Below are positions 22,738-35,999 of a stretch of DNA of 64,000 nucleotides, piece by piece (the first letter of the stretch is position 1; each line of letters begins with the position of its first letter). The notes beneath the pieces were generated by a model. That model did no database searches. It worked only from the letters and a program-made list of their open reading frames with translations, and was not told the origin of the DNA. A program made the position numbers and the translations under genes. The stretch is from Octopus sinensis (Eukaryota): assembly GCF_006345805.1 (NCBI RefSeq), contig NC_042999.1, positions 88,722,001 through 88,786,000 of the forward strand, given 5' to 3'.

Positions 22738-23035
22738 GGCACGTGGCTTAGTTGTTAGAGCATCAAGCTTGCGATCATGAGGTTGTGAGTTCGAATCCTG
22801 GACTGGGCTGCATGTTGTGTTCTTGAGCAAGACACTATATTTCACGTTGCTCCAGTTCACTCAGCTGTAGAAATGAGTTGTGACGTCACAGGTGCCAAGA
22901 TGTATTGGCCCCTTTGCTTTTCCCTTGGATAACACTGATGGCATGGAGAGGGGAGGTCGGTATGCATGGGCGACTGCTGGTCTTCCATAAACAACCTTGC
23001 CCGGACTTGTGCCTGGGAGGGTAACTTTCTAGGTC
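22738..23035 (+). mobile_element. tRNA-derived SINE C1 (Arg-like head)
   Basis: A box tggcttagttg, B box gttcgaatcc, TT-GCG-A anticodon-like loop, gtgttcttgagcaagacact body; acceptor stem does not pair. Confidence 0.8.
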
Positions 23036-23754
23036 TCAGCATATATGTATGTATATATATATGTGTGTGTGTGTATGTATATGTATGTATATATATATGT
23101 GTATGTGTGTATGTGTGTGTGCATAATAGTTGTAGTAGAAATGGCACAGGTATCCTTAATCATAGGGTCATAGAGCTAAGTTATCTGCTTATAAAAAGAA
23201 ACTACTAAATGCATATGAACAGAGTGTGTTATTTACTTACAAGGCTAGTTGCCAAATAAACTTCATCTTGCAAACAACCAAACTGCATCTAGTACATCAG
23301 TGTTATTGGATCTCTCTATCTTACATCTAAAACTCTGAGAATTCTATAAGCAGATTGCTGTTCACTAGATGAATTCTCTTGCAAATTGTAAATTAACTTT
23401 GTTTGTTTGTTTGTGTGTGTGTGTGTGTGTGTGTGTGCATACATGCAAAATTCAGATTAGTTAGAATGTGCCAAATGATGAAAACAGTGAACTTAAATGT
23501 ACCTCTTAGATAAAGAAGGAAAATTAAACCCTTATGGTATAAGAAGAAGGACATAATGTCAAGAAACTATAAATCAAAATCACAGAAAATTTATAATTTT
23601 GCTATTTTGATGCCTGGGGTGGATTAAAATTTTTTTTTTCTAGCAAAACAAAGAAAACAAACATGAGACCAATAGATATATTTCTTCATCTTTGAGCTCA
23701 TCAGTGGAGCCTAGTCTTTTGAAACCTGATTGATCAGTAGATGTAGAGCTTTTC

Positions 23755-23975
23755 CTTTTTTACATTTCACTTGTTTCAGTCATTGCTACTTATTCAGCCT
23801 GGCATTTATTCTGTTCATCTCTTTTTGCCAAACCTTTAAGCTATGAAGATATAAACAAGCCAACACTGGTTGTCAAATGGTTTTGATGGACAAACACTAA
23901 CACACACGAATATTTATATGTATATATATATATATAACGGGAAGCTTTATGAAAATAGACAAAAGACGAAGGCAG

Positions 23976-24012
<37 letters not shown>

Positions 24013-24172
24013 GCTTCTTTCAGTTTCTGTCGATCAAATACCCTCACAAGGCTTTAGTCACCTTGGGGCTATAGTAGAAGACATTTGCTCAAACTGCTAC
24101 ACTGTAGGACTAATCCTGGAACTATGTGGCTGGGAAGCAAGCTTCTTACTTTACAGCTATGCCAATGTTTTA
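23755..24172 (-). mobile_element. SINE A1 with expanded internal microsatellite
   Basis: Reverse complement of the 5067 copy, more diverged. Confidence 0.8.
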
Positions 24173-24384
24173 TGTAGAAAAATAATTATGAACAACCTTA
24201 CCCAAAAGTAGTTTGCATAATTGCAAAAATGAGTTGTTAAAGGAAATAATTCAATCGAACTGTTGTCATTAAATTAGGTAAGTCATTTAGATTAAAACAT
24301 ACTGAATGATCCATGCAAACAATTTTCAATCAATTAAAATTTACCTGTTATTCTAAGAACAAAAGAAAACACAAAAACTTAACC

Positions 24385-25940
24385 CTAAACGTGAGCAACT
24401 AGCAAACAAAAGGGAATATGATTTTTAAAAAGGAATAAGTAATTTCAGAAATAAGAAATTGATTATCTAACAAGCTGTAACGTTAAAACCAGTTTCATCT
24501 ATGGACTTCCCAGAATCCACGAAAGTAAAGCAATAATGATGCCTGCAAAGAATCACACCTAGTCTGCATAAAAATATCCATTCAGAAGGATCTCATATTA
24601 AGACCAATTGTGGTAAACCCAACCTGTGAAACTTACAGACTTAGCAACTTCCTTGACATACTGTTAAAACCTTTCTTAAAATTGATACCAAGTTTCATAA
24701 TAGATTACTTAGACATTTTAAACCATCATCCGCCAAAAGTTAACAGGAATACCAACAATTATCTGGAACTGCAATGGATACAAAAGTTGCCCCAACATAT
24801 GCCAAGTAAGTCATGGCATATCTAGAAGTCCAGAGGTATGAACAAGCCTAAAAGAAGTACAATAGCAACTTGCAAAATTACCTGGTGAATAATTAGAAAT
24901 GATAATTAAATGTCTGTTTTATTATGTGGACATACAACTTAGATGAACTCAATGATTTTAAATTCCTTCTGAACAGCATTAATAACAGTTCCCAGTTTAT
25001 CAGAGAATTCAGTAATTCTTGGACATTTTGATTATTGAGACTGGCATGAACATAAAACCAACATCTGCTATAAACCAACAGACTCTTAACAATATAAACA
25101 GAATCTACTGTTTTCTTCATGCCATCCAAAACATACCAAATCCAATATTCCACTTAACCTAATTAGAAGAACACAAACAATTATCTCCAGTCAAGATGTT
25201 CAGAATAAAAGACTCTTTCAATTAAAACTGATTCTACTTGAAAGAAAGTGCCCATCTACTCTAACAGAGAATGGAATAGAACATATGAAAGCATTAGGCA
25301 TTGAAAATTTACAAAAACGGAAACATTTCAGATACACCCAAAAATCTATCTTTAATTACAACATGCCACCAAGAAATGTACAAATATTGAGCATTATCGA
25401 TTAGAACATTCCACTATTGAGTCAAATCCCAAGAATGAAAAGACACTTTAATCACACAAAATGATTAAATGCAAAAGACAACCCAAGTACCTCCAAAAAA
25501 CTACTTACCAATATGAAACTACCAACTACGAACTCAATTCCAGCTGTTAAAAAGTGTGGCTGATCTAGTTGTGGAATTTGTGAGAACCTTATTGAGGACA
25601 CAACTTATAATTTCAAATCAAGACAAGTTTTTACTGTGAAAAACAATTTTACTTGTTCTTCAAAAAGAATGAATATGTGCAATCAAATGCAATGGATACA
25701 GGGAAGACTATCCTGGACAAATTAAACCTACTTGAAGAACGAGATTAAATATCCACCATCAGCAGATATGTGATCTCCAAATTAGACAGATTCTGCCTAG
25801 TGAACATCTATACACATGCTTAAAAACCAAATCTCCCAAATTTCTTGTCTTCTCACTCTATCGATGTACAGGCAATATCCCAAACCAAACAAGAATTAAT
25901 AAGGTAAGTTCGTTTATTAAAAAATACAAGCCATAAAAAC
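24385..25940 (+). mobile_element. Penelope-like retroelement remnant (RT plus GIY-YIG), third lineage
   Basis: LRPIVVNPTCETYRLSNFLDILLKPFLKLIPSFI; GTAMDTKVAPTYA; CYKPTDS..SCHPKHTKSNIP; CGICENL..F.VKNNFTCSSK..C.G..E.YPGQ..LRTRLNIHHQQI; many lesions. Confidence 0.9.
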
Positions 25941-26589
25941 ATTAGTAATACACAATTCTCCTTTTCCTATAGATTCATTATTGTATGATGTCTACATGGT
26001 CTCATTCTGAAGAAAATCAAAATTCACGTAGCAGCTGTCATCTATTTTATTTGAGCCATAACTTATTACCTGACTTACCCCACACCTAGTTAACAAAGAA
26101 GAGATATCTTGCAACATGTTCAGTTGGAGTGAACAAGCTCTAATTGATAACATTATTCGTTGACAGAATAATAAACAATAATTATCCATAACACTTTTAT
26201 GTAAGCAATTATTATATATCTTATTCATATGTCGCTTTTCTATCATTTTTCATATTCAATGAAGAAAATCTTTTATGTGATCTACTCCCACAAGTGCCAA
26301 ATAAGTTTGATATATGAACGTTGACCAATCAATTTGTACATGAATGGATTGTATTCTGAGGCACATCCTAATTTAAAAACAAACTATTTTTATAAGAACA
26401 GCCAGGATAAATACAAATCACAACACAGCTCTGTATACTATTCTATTTTCAAAATCTAATGTGAAACTGGTAATTAATTCTAATATAGTCTCTGTGTATC
26501 TTCAATTTCATTTCTTTTATTCTACCACTTGTTTGGATTAATAACAATTTACACATTCATACATACATAAACACACTTACATATACACA

Positions 26590-26790
26590 CACACACATAC
26601 AAATGCACATGCATAAATTATTATCATTATCTTCACCACCATTATTTTCACTCTTTAAGCATTTATTTTTCATGCTTGCAAGGATTAGATGGGACTTGGT
26701 TGTGGCATCTTTGGTTGGATGCTTTTCCTGTTGCCAACTTTCACTTGTTTCCAAGCAGAGGATTGCAAACAAACAACATCATTTGTATGG
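26590..26790 (-). mobile_element. SINE A2 3' tail fragment
   Basis: tttttcatgcttgcaagg...ggatgcttttcctgttgccaac...cttgtttccaagc. Confidence 0.65.
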
Positions 26791-26889
26791 TCAAGGGTTT
26801 TTCTCATTCACAATCAGTATGCACATGCATCTATTTGTTTGTGTGTTTGTGTGTGTGTATGTGTGCATGCGTGCATGTGTGTGTGTGTA

Positions 26890-27415
26890 TCATCATCGTC
26901 ATCACCATCATTTAACGCCTATTTTCCATGCTGGCATGGGTTGGACGGTTTAACAAGAGCTGACTGACTGAAGGGCTTTTCAGGCTCCATGTCTGTTTCG
27001 GCATGGCTTTTATGGCTGGATGCCCTTCTTAACACCAACCACTTTATTGAGTGTACTGGGTACTTTTATGCAGCACCAACATGGGTGTTTTTTACATGGT
27101 GCTAACATCTATGAACTCACAATATTAGGGTTGCTCAGCTGGAGACGGTTGCAGGAGATGAACCTGTATACACTTGGTTGTATACTCTTTACAAAGCCAT
27201 AAACTAGTGAGCATTGGGGAAGCAATACATCCTCAAACAGGATCTCTACAGTTAGAGATTGGCACTTCTTGATGCAACTGTCTTCATTCATGTGCATTAC
27301 ATGGACATACCAGTGCAGTTTTCTCTCTTGCACACTACATCTGATACTAGATATACCCAGTTTTCTCTCATATCACTTATACTCTGTTGTATATGGTCAC
27401 TGACATTACCCAGCA
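26890..27415 (-). mobile_element. RTE LINE 3' fragment (ORF2 C-terminal piece plus tail)
   Basis: Minus strand VQERKLHWYVHVMHMNEDSCIKKCQSLTVE (RTE RLRWYGHV-type motif), followed by the aagaagggcatccagcc...(GAT)n tail. Confidence 0.8.
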
Positions 27416-27492
27416 AATTATATTGACTTCATTTCTTTCAAGTTTTCACATATCTACAGTAGTTACAGCCTATGTCTCATTGCTATGTAGCA

Positions 27493-27603
<111 letters not shown>

Positions 27604-28637
27604 ATGAAAGGAGGGAAAATTGGATGCTAAAATTATGATGATGATGGTATGCATATTTATATATACTTGCATACATAATAGTATAGGTCTTGATAGGTTA
27701 GAAAATTAGTGTTCTGTAACCAACAATAAAATTGTGCTACATTCATTCTCCATCTTCTTATTTGTATTATATATATATATACATACACACACACGTATGT
27801 GTGAGTGTATGTATATTTACACATGAATATATACACTTGCATGTATGTTTGCATGCATTTCGTTTTGGCCCAAGTTTGTGCAAGAGCATCGACATATATT
27901 TATATTTAAGTTGGCATTTGCACTTTGTAGTACATAATTGGCTCTATCAAAGACTCACTTGTATTTTTTCCTATAAATACATAAGAAACTTATACCAAGA
28001 ACAAGCTTATAAGAGCAGACAGTATGAAATGGGCTAGCAAACAGAAGCAAATGAAAAGATGCTGGCACTGCTCCAGTATGGTCAAGACTGTATTGTATAA
28101 ATTTGCTACAGAATAAAATATCAGGAAATTATGCATTAACAAATATGCACAAATATTCTCATGCATAAATACATAGCTAAATAGGTATTTAAGCATTTAT
28201 ATATACACCATTTCTTCACAAATGATTTATATTTAACTCATTTACCTAGAAGAAAAATAAAAATGAAACAAAAAGTATTGGGTAAAGCAGTACTGCATAT
28301 ACCATTTTTTCTCAAGTAATATTGTTTGCCTAATACACACTCACACATACACTCATACACACAGTCACACACATGCAGATACATGCGCATGCATGCACAC
28401 ACGCACAACAACAACAACAGTAGCAACAATAATGGTAATAATAATTTTATGGAAATAATTCAGGGAGTGAACTGCTGTACCGATCTTGACCCTTATAGTG
28501 TAGCAAGAACAATTTATATTAATTAATTAATTTATTATTGTGATTCATATTGAGCACACAAGAATATTTATTAAAGCATAAACATTAGGATAAAATGATT
28601 TATTATAAAGATGAGAAAGCCATGGTTGGAACCTTTT

Positions 28638-28913
28638 ATAATTCTTCTTTCGAATATTGGCACTTGAGGCACATTACATAAAGCTATAAATAATAGCTTA
28701 TAAATGCTGTGTTGACTATCCCTCTTGGATAGAAAAAGTTGATGGTTGCCTGTTGGATATGATCCCACATCTCCTGTAGACATGACAAGCATTTAACAGA
28801 GGCAGCTTTTCACTTTTTCTATCCAAAAGGAATTTTCAACCCAGTATTTACAGGCTATTATTTATAGCTTTATATGTTGTGCCTTGAGAGTCAATATTCC
28901 ACAAAAGAATTAT
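28638..28913. mobile_element. Fold-back palindrome, MITE-like
   Basis: Arms of about 115 bp (28638-28755, 28795-28913): aaagctataaataatagc / gctattatttatagcttt and ttggatagaaaaag / ctttttctatccaa. Confidence 0.8.
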
Positions 28914-30497
28914 TTCATGTTATCTAAAAAGTTCATATATACTTAGAACCTTTTACATCATGTTTCATTTCATTTAATCAATTAAAAATTTTTTTTTTCT
29001 CAGGAGGAAGGGGCTATGCCCTTGACTCTTTACAAAGCTATAAACTGGTGAGCATTGGGGAAGCAATACATCCTCAAAGAGGAAGATCTGGTTCAAATAC
29101 TTGCAGGTTAGAGGATTTTGCTAAAGGTTCCTATAGACCAAGTATTAGCATTAAACAAGGCAATAGTTTGTCTACCACCTAAACACCCAAAATGGATTAC
29201 CTGCCTCTTGAATTGTCTATCACACAGACTTTTCAAAGCAGAGCTGACAAGAGTTATCCAACAATGAATGAGTACAATATCAACAATGAGATTCTTTTGG
29301 CCATACTTTTTTACCAGTTTACTTTTCTCTTGTCTCTCCAAACACAAGAATCAATCCAAGATTAATATTTGGCATTTTAAAATATTTTTATATAGATTTC
29401 AAAGAGATTCAATGAAAGGTCAAGACTTCCCAACTATGGTTTAAATTTTAACATTATTTTGACAACCTCATTTCTTTTCTTGTTTTTATTGCTATTTTAT
29501 TTTTCATATAAGCAAGTTTTGCAGATGTGCATCCTATAAGTGAAACTGTACTGTTCCTGGATGAACTACTAGATACTGCCTACTTCAGTTACCTATCAAA
29601 TTAAGAGGTAAAATCAGGAAGAAGACAAATTTAATGGTTGAACACTGAAATGACTGGGAAAAGACCATTGGAGAGTTATCTATAGAACCAAGATTGAATC
29701 CTCTTATGTGCGATTAGAAATAACTTTCCTGTAGGTTTGGTGGCTAATCTATCAGCAATTTGTTATTTGCTTTTCTGAATTTTCAATGCTACATGTGATC
29801 GAATGAAAGTTTAACATATATTTTGAAATTAATATTTGTTGGAAAAAGAAATTTTGTTCTGGTTACACCCATGTAGAAGCTGTCTTACATAAAATGATAA
29901 AACACTACTTTGTTGCTTTACCTACAAGTCACAGCCTACCTGAAGAAAGTTAGCATTAATAGGGACACTGGGTTCATAACATCATAAGATACAGAAGAAA
30001 AAATAGAAGAAATGGAGTTGGATGAGAACTTCAACTCTCATTTAAGCAAGGATTTACTGTCTTAAACAGGTAAGAGCAAGATTAGTTTGCAAGCTGACAA
30101 ATGTAAGACGCTATGGTTAATAATTCATACAAGCAAGAAAACATTGAATGCCATTGTGAGAAAACATAGTCAGTGTTATTTTGACAAAATATATTGAACA
30201 CAGTCCATGCAGCCAAACAGATTTCATTTTATTCAAGAAATGGCCAACATTGCCACACAAACTCTAAGCTTCCTAGGTATGCATTTAATGAACAGAAAGT
30301 CAACTGTAGACACCGAAAAGGTCAAATAAAACCCATTGTGCACTACTGCTTACATATCAAGGATGGTGCTCTAATCAGACATAGACAGAACTAAGAATAC
30401 ATCCAGAACAAAGTGATTTAGCTAACTTGACATAACACACCTACAAATTTGCTTCAAAACTCATAGCTTGAAACAATGTAAGCATCACAATAAAAGT

Positions 30498-30830
30498 GGA
30501 GGCACATTTCCTAGTGGTTAGAGTAGAAGACTCACGGTTGAGAGATTGTGGATTCAAATCTCAGATAGGGAGATGTGTGTGTTTAAGAGCAAAACACCAG
30601 AGCTCCACGCAGCTCTAGCAGAAAGTAATGGCGAACTTCTGTTGACTCTTTCACTGCAATTTTCTCTCATTCTTTCCTCCAGCATCTAGCAGCTCACCTG
30701 CGACAGACCAGTGTCCTATCCAAATGGGGAACTTATACGCCAACGAAACCGGGAAACTGACCCTTATGAGCCAGACATGGCTAACAACAGTTACTTGACC
30801 TGCTAGAAATAGCCAAATATCACGTAATCT
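30498..30830 (+). mobile_element. SINE C2 (tRNA-Arg-like head)
   Basis: ggaggcacatttcctagtggttagag..ctcacgg..ggattcaaatc; tail gaaaccgggaaactgacccttatgagcc shared with 8200-8240. Confidence 0.7.
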
Positions 30831-31236
30831 CATCCCATGTGATGCATTTGTGATACAGAAACCACACATAAAATTATACAATCCTTCGTTCCCTGCACAT
30901 AATAAAAAGACAGGAGAGTTATAGATGGACTGCCTTTCATCAAAATTCTTCACAATCAGAGCTGATCTAAGGTTAAATAACAACAAGAGGGAAGAACAGG
31001 GCCTCAAGATGAGGAAAGAAGGCATAATAAATTAGAATCATACCATTTTGCAGTGTAAATCTTGAAGTCGATGAGGAAGTGAATAAACTAGCAAATAAAC
31101 TAGAAAAATAATTGGTGGGTTAATCTTTCTTTAGGGGTACCAGAGTGTATAAATAATAAGAAAATAAAAATAGTACTTAAATTTAACAGGATTCGCCAAT
31201 AAGTCTAGAAAAAGAATAGTACCTATGATTTCATAA

Positions 31237-31334
<98 letters not shown>

Positions 31335-31425
31335 TCTTTTATTCTTTTACATGTTTCAGTCATTTAACTGCTGCCATATATATATATATATATATATAGA
31401 TAGATAGATAGATAGATAGATAGAC

Positions 31426-31460
<35 letters not shown>

Positions 31461-31564
31461 TACTCTGAGATGTAAGGAAAATATAAGACTAAATGAATAT
31501 ACTCCATCTATGTTCAAGTTACGTCTTTTTATAAAAGACTACTCATATTTTCTTACTACACATA

Positions 31565-32783
31565 TACTAGATTAATTCACATGAAATGTCACATTTTTAA
31601 TTACTTGTTATTTCAGTCATTTAAAAACTCAATTATGTATACACTTGCATTTAATCTTGATTCTTTTTCCTTTCCCTATAATATTAGTATATGAAATTTG
31701 TACCCACAGACCTTATGAAAATGATAACAACCAAACTATGTTGAGTGATTTTCTCGTATGAGGACAAACAGGGTCACTCTGCCACAGAAGCTCTATGGAA
31801 TATCAAGTGGGCCTTTGGTAATGGTTTTGTTGACATCAGAACTGTTCAGAGATGGTTCCAAAGCTCTTGTTCAGGAGATGATAGCCTTGAAGATAAATGA
31901 AGGGGTAGGCCAAAATCAGTTATTCAGCACGATGTATTAAATGCTTTGGTTGAACAATATACAAGAACAAAGGTTCAAAAGCTTTCATCAGAACTCCAAA
32001 CATCACGTGCAACTGTTTTTGGACACCTGCAAAAGATTGGAAAAGTCAAGAAAACAGATAGGCTTGTTCAACATCAACTGAACGAGATTCAGAACAGATA
32101 CCTTGAAGTGTGCTCCTTATTGCTTTTTCAACTAGAAAAGACCAAATCATTACTTGTGATGAGAAATGGATACTTTTTGACAACAGCAGGATAACAGGAC
32201 AGTGATTAGATGCAGGAGAGTCACCTAAACACTACCCAAACCCACCATTGCACTGTATGGTGGTCTGTGAATGGAGTTATTCATTATTCATTTTTGCAAC
32301 AAAGAAAAATGGTAACAGCAAAATTGTATTACCAGGAAATTGATTGTATACATGAGAATTTGAAAAAGAAGCAACCCAGACTAGTAAATAGTGATGGCCC
32401 AATTTTACTCCATGACAATGCACATCCTCACACTCCTCAAGCTATGGTCAAAAAGTTGCAAAGCCTGAATTATGAGATTTTGCAACATCTTCCCTATTCC
32501 CCTGATATCTCTCCTACTGATCATCATTTAAAAAAAAATTTTGAGCTTTTCATAAGCAATAAAACATTCTTAAATAGAGAAGAGGTAATTGAAGCATTCA
32601 GACAGTTTATCACAGCAAAAGATGAATTTTTTTTAAAGATGGAATATATGACTTAGAGAAACGTTGGGTAAACGTCATAAATGAACATGGCTCATATTCT
32701 GATTAAATAAATCAGTTCTCTAACACTTCTGAAACTTTATTGTTACCTTTCAAATATGACATTTCATGTGAAACAACCTAATA
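31565..32783 (+). mobile_element. Full-length defective mariner (DD34D) transposon
   Basis: ~30-bp TIRs (tactagattaattcacatgaaatgtcacat / atatgacatttcatgtgaaacaacctaata) flanked by TA; HDNAHPH...YSPDISPTD with exactly 34 residues between the Asp residues; frameshifts. Confidence 0.93.
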
Positions 32784-32964
32784 TATATTTTACTATATTA
32801 CATTTTATATATGACATGGCATTTCAAATGGTAATTTCATAGCTTGTAAGACCTATGTGTGCGGAACACATTATTATTAACATCATTATATATATACATG
32901 TGTGTGTTTCTGTGTATATATATATGCTTGTGTGTGTATGCATATATGTGTGTGTGTGTGTGTG

Positions 32965-33156
32965 CAGGCATGACTGTGTGGTAAGAAGCTTGCTTCCCAA
33001 CCACATGGTCCTGGGTTCAGTCCCACTGTGTAACAACTTAGGCAAATGTCTTCTACTTATAGCATCTGGTCAACCAAAACCTTGTGGGTAGATTTGGTAG
33101 ATGGAAACTGAAAGAAAGCTGTCATGTGTGTATGTGTGTATGTGTGTGTGTGTGTA

Positions 33157-33198
<42 letters not shown>

Positions 33199-33415
33199 GT
33201 GTGTGTGTGTGTGTGTGTCTTTGTACCTGTTTGTCCCTACCACTGCTTGACAACCACTGTTGGTGAGTTTACATCCCTGTAACATAGTAGTTTACCAGAA
33301 GAGACTGATAGAATAAGTACTAGGCTTTAAAAAAGTCCTGGAGTCAATTTAACTAAAGCCCTTTTTGGTGGTATTCCAGCATGGCCACAGTCAAATGGCT
33401 AAAACAAGTAAAATA
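32965..33415 (+). mobile_element. SINE A1 with ~95-bp internal (TG)n
   Basis: Head, body and tail match the 5067 copy; a further head fragment lies at 33478-33600. Confidence 0.88.
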
Positions 33416-34159
33416 ACACAAAAATAAAAATAATATATATAAATAACATATATAAGTATATATAGATTTATATATTTGGTTAAGGGGCCTGTTTCTCAAT
33501 CACATGGTTCCAGGTTCGATTCCCCAACATAGCACCTTACAGAAATTCTCCTGTACCATAGACTCAGATCAACCCCAAAACTATCAGTAAAATTTGACTG
33601 AAACAAACAGTACAGACTCATATCAAATCTGAGTGTGTAGGTGAATTAGTAGTCTGGTGTGAAATACTTTTTTACTATTAAATAACGTTTCTGTATGTTT
33701 TTGGTTATATAACTTAAAGTACTAGTTATACTTTTTATACCCAAATCAATTCACCCTTCCCACTTTTCAGGGGTGATAAAATATACACTAAAGTACTGGC
33801 TGTAGTCCAATGACCGAAACTAGTAAAAATTAGAAGAATATTGTTTCCTAAAGCAGTCGGTTCTATTCATTTTAAAAATGATGTGAATTGTCAGTCATTG
33901 ATTAACTCTTCAGATTTGATTTTTATTTTTAAAACAAAAGCCTTTCATTGTAATTGAATATGGCTGCCTTGTCTTGTGAAATCAGTTCAACTCTTTTTTT
34001 TTTTTCTTTAAAGCAATGATGGAATTTGTATTAAGGCAGTGGCAATGAGAGTAGATTTGTTGGTCATATGAACACACAGTAGTAAGTTCAAACCTTTCAC
34101 AGTCACAGTTTGATCAAACTGAGGTGATGTAATACTTATATATACCAACTGACTGATTA

Positions 34160-34365
34160 TTGTTGTTGTTAAGCAACAAGATGGGCAAGGGTGATTAGGT
34201 GATGGTCTAGGGCTTAGAGGCGGGAGACCCCAGACCTTGGAGGAAAAAAAAAACTTTGGTCGTCTTGTAGTTGAGGGCTCTTTGTTGACACCCGACACCA
34301 CTGGGAGGTGGCCCTCGAAGTCGCTGGAAATGGATATCTCCAGGTCCAAATTCTTGGACAGCAAT
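34160..34365 (-). mobile_element. Unidentified 5'-truncated retro-insertion with (AAC)n tail and 9-bp TSD
   Basis: GC- and CpG-rich island; gactgatta at 34151-34159 and 34366-34374; ttgttgttgtt at the left end. Confidence 0.5.
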
Positions 34366-34481
34366 GACTGATTAGGTCAAGTAAGGACAGCTAGTTAAAA
34401 TTAAAGTTATTTTCACAATATGAATACAGCTAAATTTATAAAATCCTATCACAAAGCAAATATATGTGTGTACATATCTTT

Positions 34482-34633
<152 letters not shown>

Positions 34634-34901
34634 ATATGTACACACACATGTTTGATATGCATGACACAAAAGAATTGCAAAAAAACATGAGAGAAGTAGG
34701 AGTTCAACATATTGTAGTGCTTTAATCAAAGTTCATATTCCTGATCTTTGAAGTTTCATGCAAAGATGGAACTATGAGACTTAGAAGTAACAATTAGCGA
34801 AATTATTAGCTTGTAATGTATATCATTAAACTCTGTAATACTTATTGAGCATTCTATTTTCTTGGGCAATTCTTGTGTGCTATACATGAAACACATGCTT
34901 A

Positions 34902-35111
34902 CAAGGGTGTGTTGAAAAGTTCCTGGCTTAAAGGGTATCATGAAAAGTCTGGTTGGAGGCCCAACCTTCCAAGTTCTTTCTTAGAAAAACTGAAGGATCA
35001 CTGCAATAACTGTTTGAATTGAAGAGAGGAATATGTTGAGTAAAATCATAATTAACTGATCCTCCTGTATTTTATTTTACCCAAAGTCAGAAACTTTTCA
35101 TCACCCTGTTG
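34902..35111 (+). mobile_element. Mariner-derived MITE, ~210 bp
   Basis: TA-flanked TIRs caagggtgtgttgaaaagttcctggctt / aagtcagaaacttttcatcaccctgttg; retains transposase C-terminal codons (LEKLKDHCNNCLN..GEYVE); second copy at 38678. Confidence 0.85.
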
Positions 35112-35232
35112 TATGTCTTGTCTTTCATGAGTAGAACACTGTATGCATAAAGGCTAAGATTAACTGAACATAGAGCAATGCTAATCAGACTTCTCCTGTA
35201 AAAACAATCTGATTCTACTCTATAAATATATT

Positions 35233-35790
35233 GGCATGTAAAAGCACCATCCATTCGTGTCCGTCGCCAGCCTCACCTGGCCCCCGTGCCGGTGACACGT
35301 AAAAGCACCATCCATTCGTGGCCGTTTGCCAGCTCCGTCTGGCCGCATCGATGGCACGTAAAAGCACCATCTGTTCGTGTCCGTTGCCAGCCTCCTCACC
35401 TAACCCCCGTGCCGGTGACACGTAAAAGCACCATCCGTTTGTGGCCGTTTGCCAGCTCTGTCTGGCCCCGTGTCGGTGGCACGTAAAAGCACCATCCGTT
35501 CGTGTCCGTTGCCAGCATCGCCTGGCCCCATGCCGGTGACATGTAAAAGCACCGTCCGTTTGTGGCCGTTTGCCAGCTCTGTCTGGCACCTGTGCAGGTG
35601 GCACGTAAAAAGCACCCACTACACTCACAGAGTGGTTGGCGTTAGGAAGGGTATCCAGCCGTAGAAACACTGCCAGATCTGACTGGGCCTGACGAAGCCT
35701 TCCAGCTTCACAGACCCCAGTTGAACCGTCCAACCCATGCTAGCATGGAAAGCGGACGCTAAATGATGATGATGATGATGATGATGATGA
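35233..35790 (+). mobile_element. RTE 3' end with six full ~61-bp units (A/B alternating), a seventh core and (GAT)n tail
   Basis: cacgtaaaagcacc cores at 35235, 35296, 35355, 35419, 35480, 35540 and 35602. Confidence 0.9.
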
Positions 35791-35999
35791 AGTACCTGAC
35801 TGAAAACAGAGAAAATTTCATTCTAAGATTGAGAAAGTAGGTATATTTCTTTAATGATTTGATGTTTGGTGGTCCAGTAAGAAATTCAGTTTTAGAAAGT
35901 ATTAAAATCCACCAGCTTTTAATGACTGCTTAATACACACACACACTTTATCTTGATCCTTTCCCTCAATTTCTTTGGCCTTTAAAATCATCATAGATA

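Noticed and set aside
22738-22812. tRNA gene
   Set aside because: A and B boxes are present but the acceptor stem does not pair and the sequence runs into a SINE body; the same holds for the other SINE heads.
23680-23712. Minus-strand CTGATGAGCTC...GAAA
   Set aside because: Helix II has no partner strand.
29900-30470. Possible decayed transposase fragments (for example VHYCLHIKDG)
   Set aside because: No diagnostic motif could be reconstructed by eye.
35235-35615. CRISPR-like repeat-spacer appearance (cacgtaaaagcacc every ~61 bp)
   Set aside because: The spacers are homologous to each other (A/B alternation), there are no cas genes, the context is eukaryotic, and the array sits in a retroelement tail.
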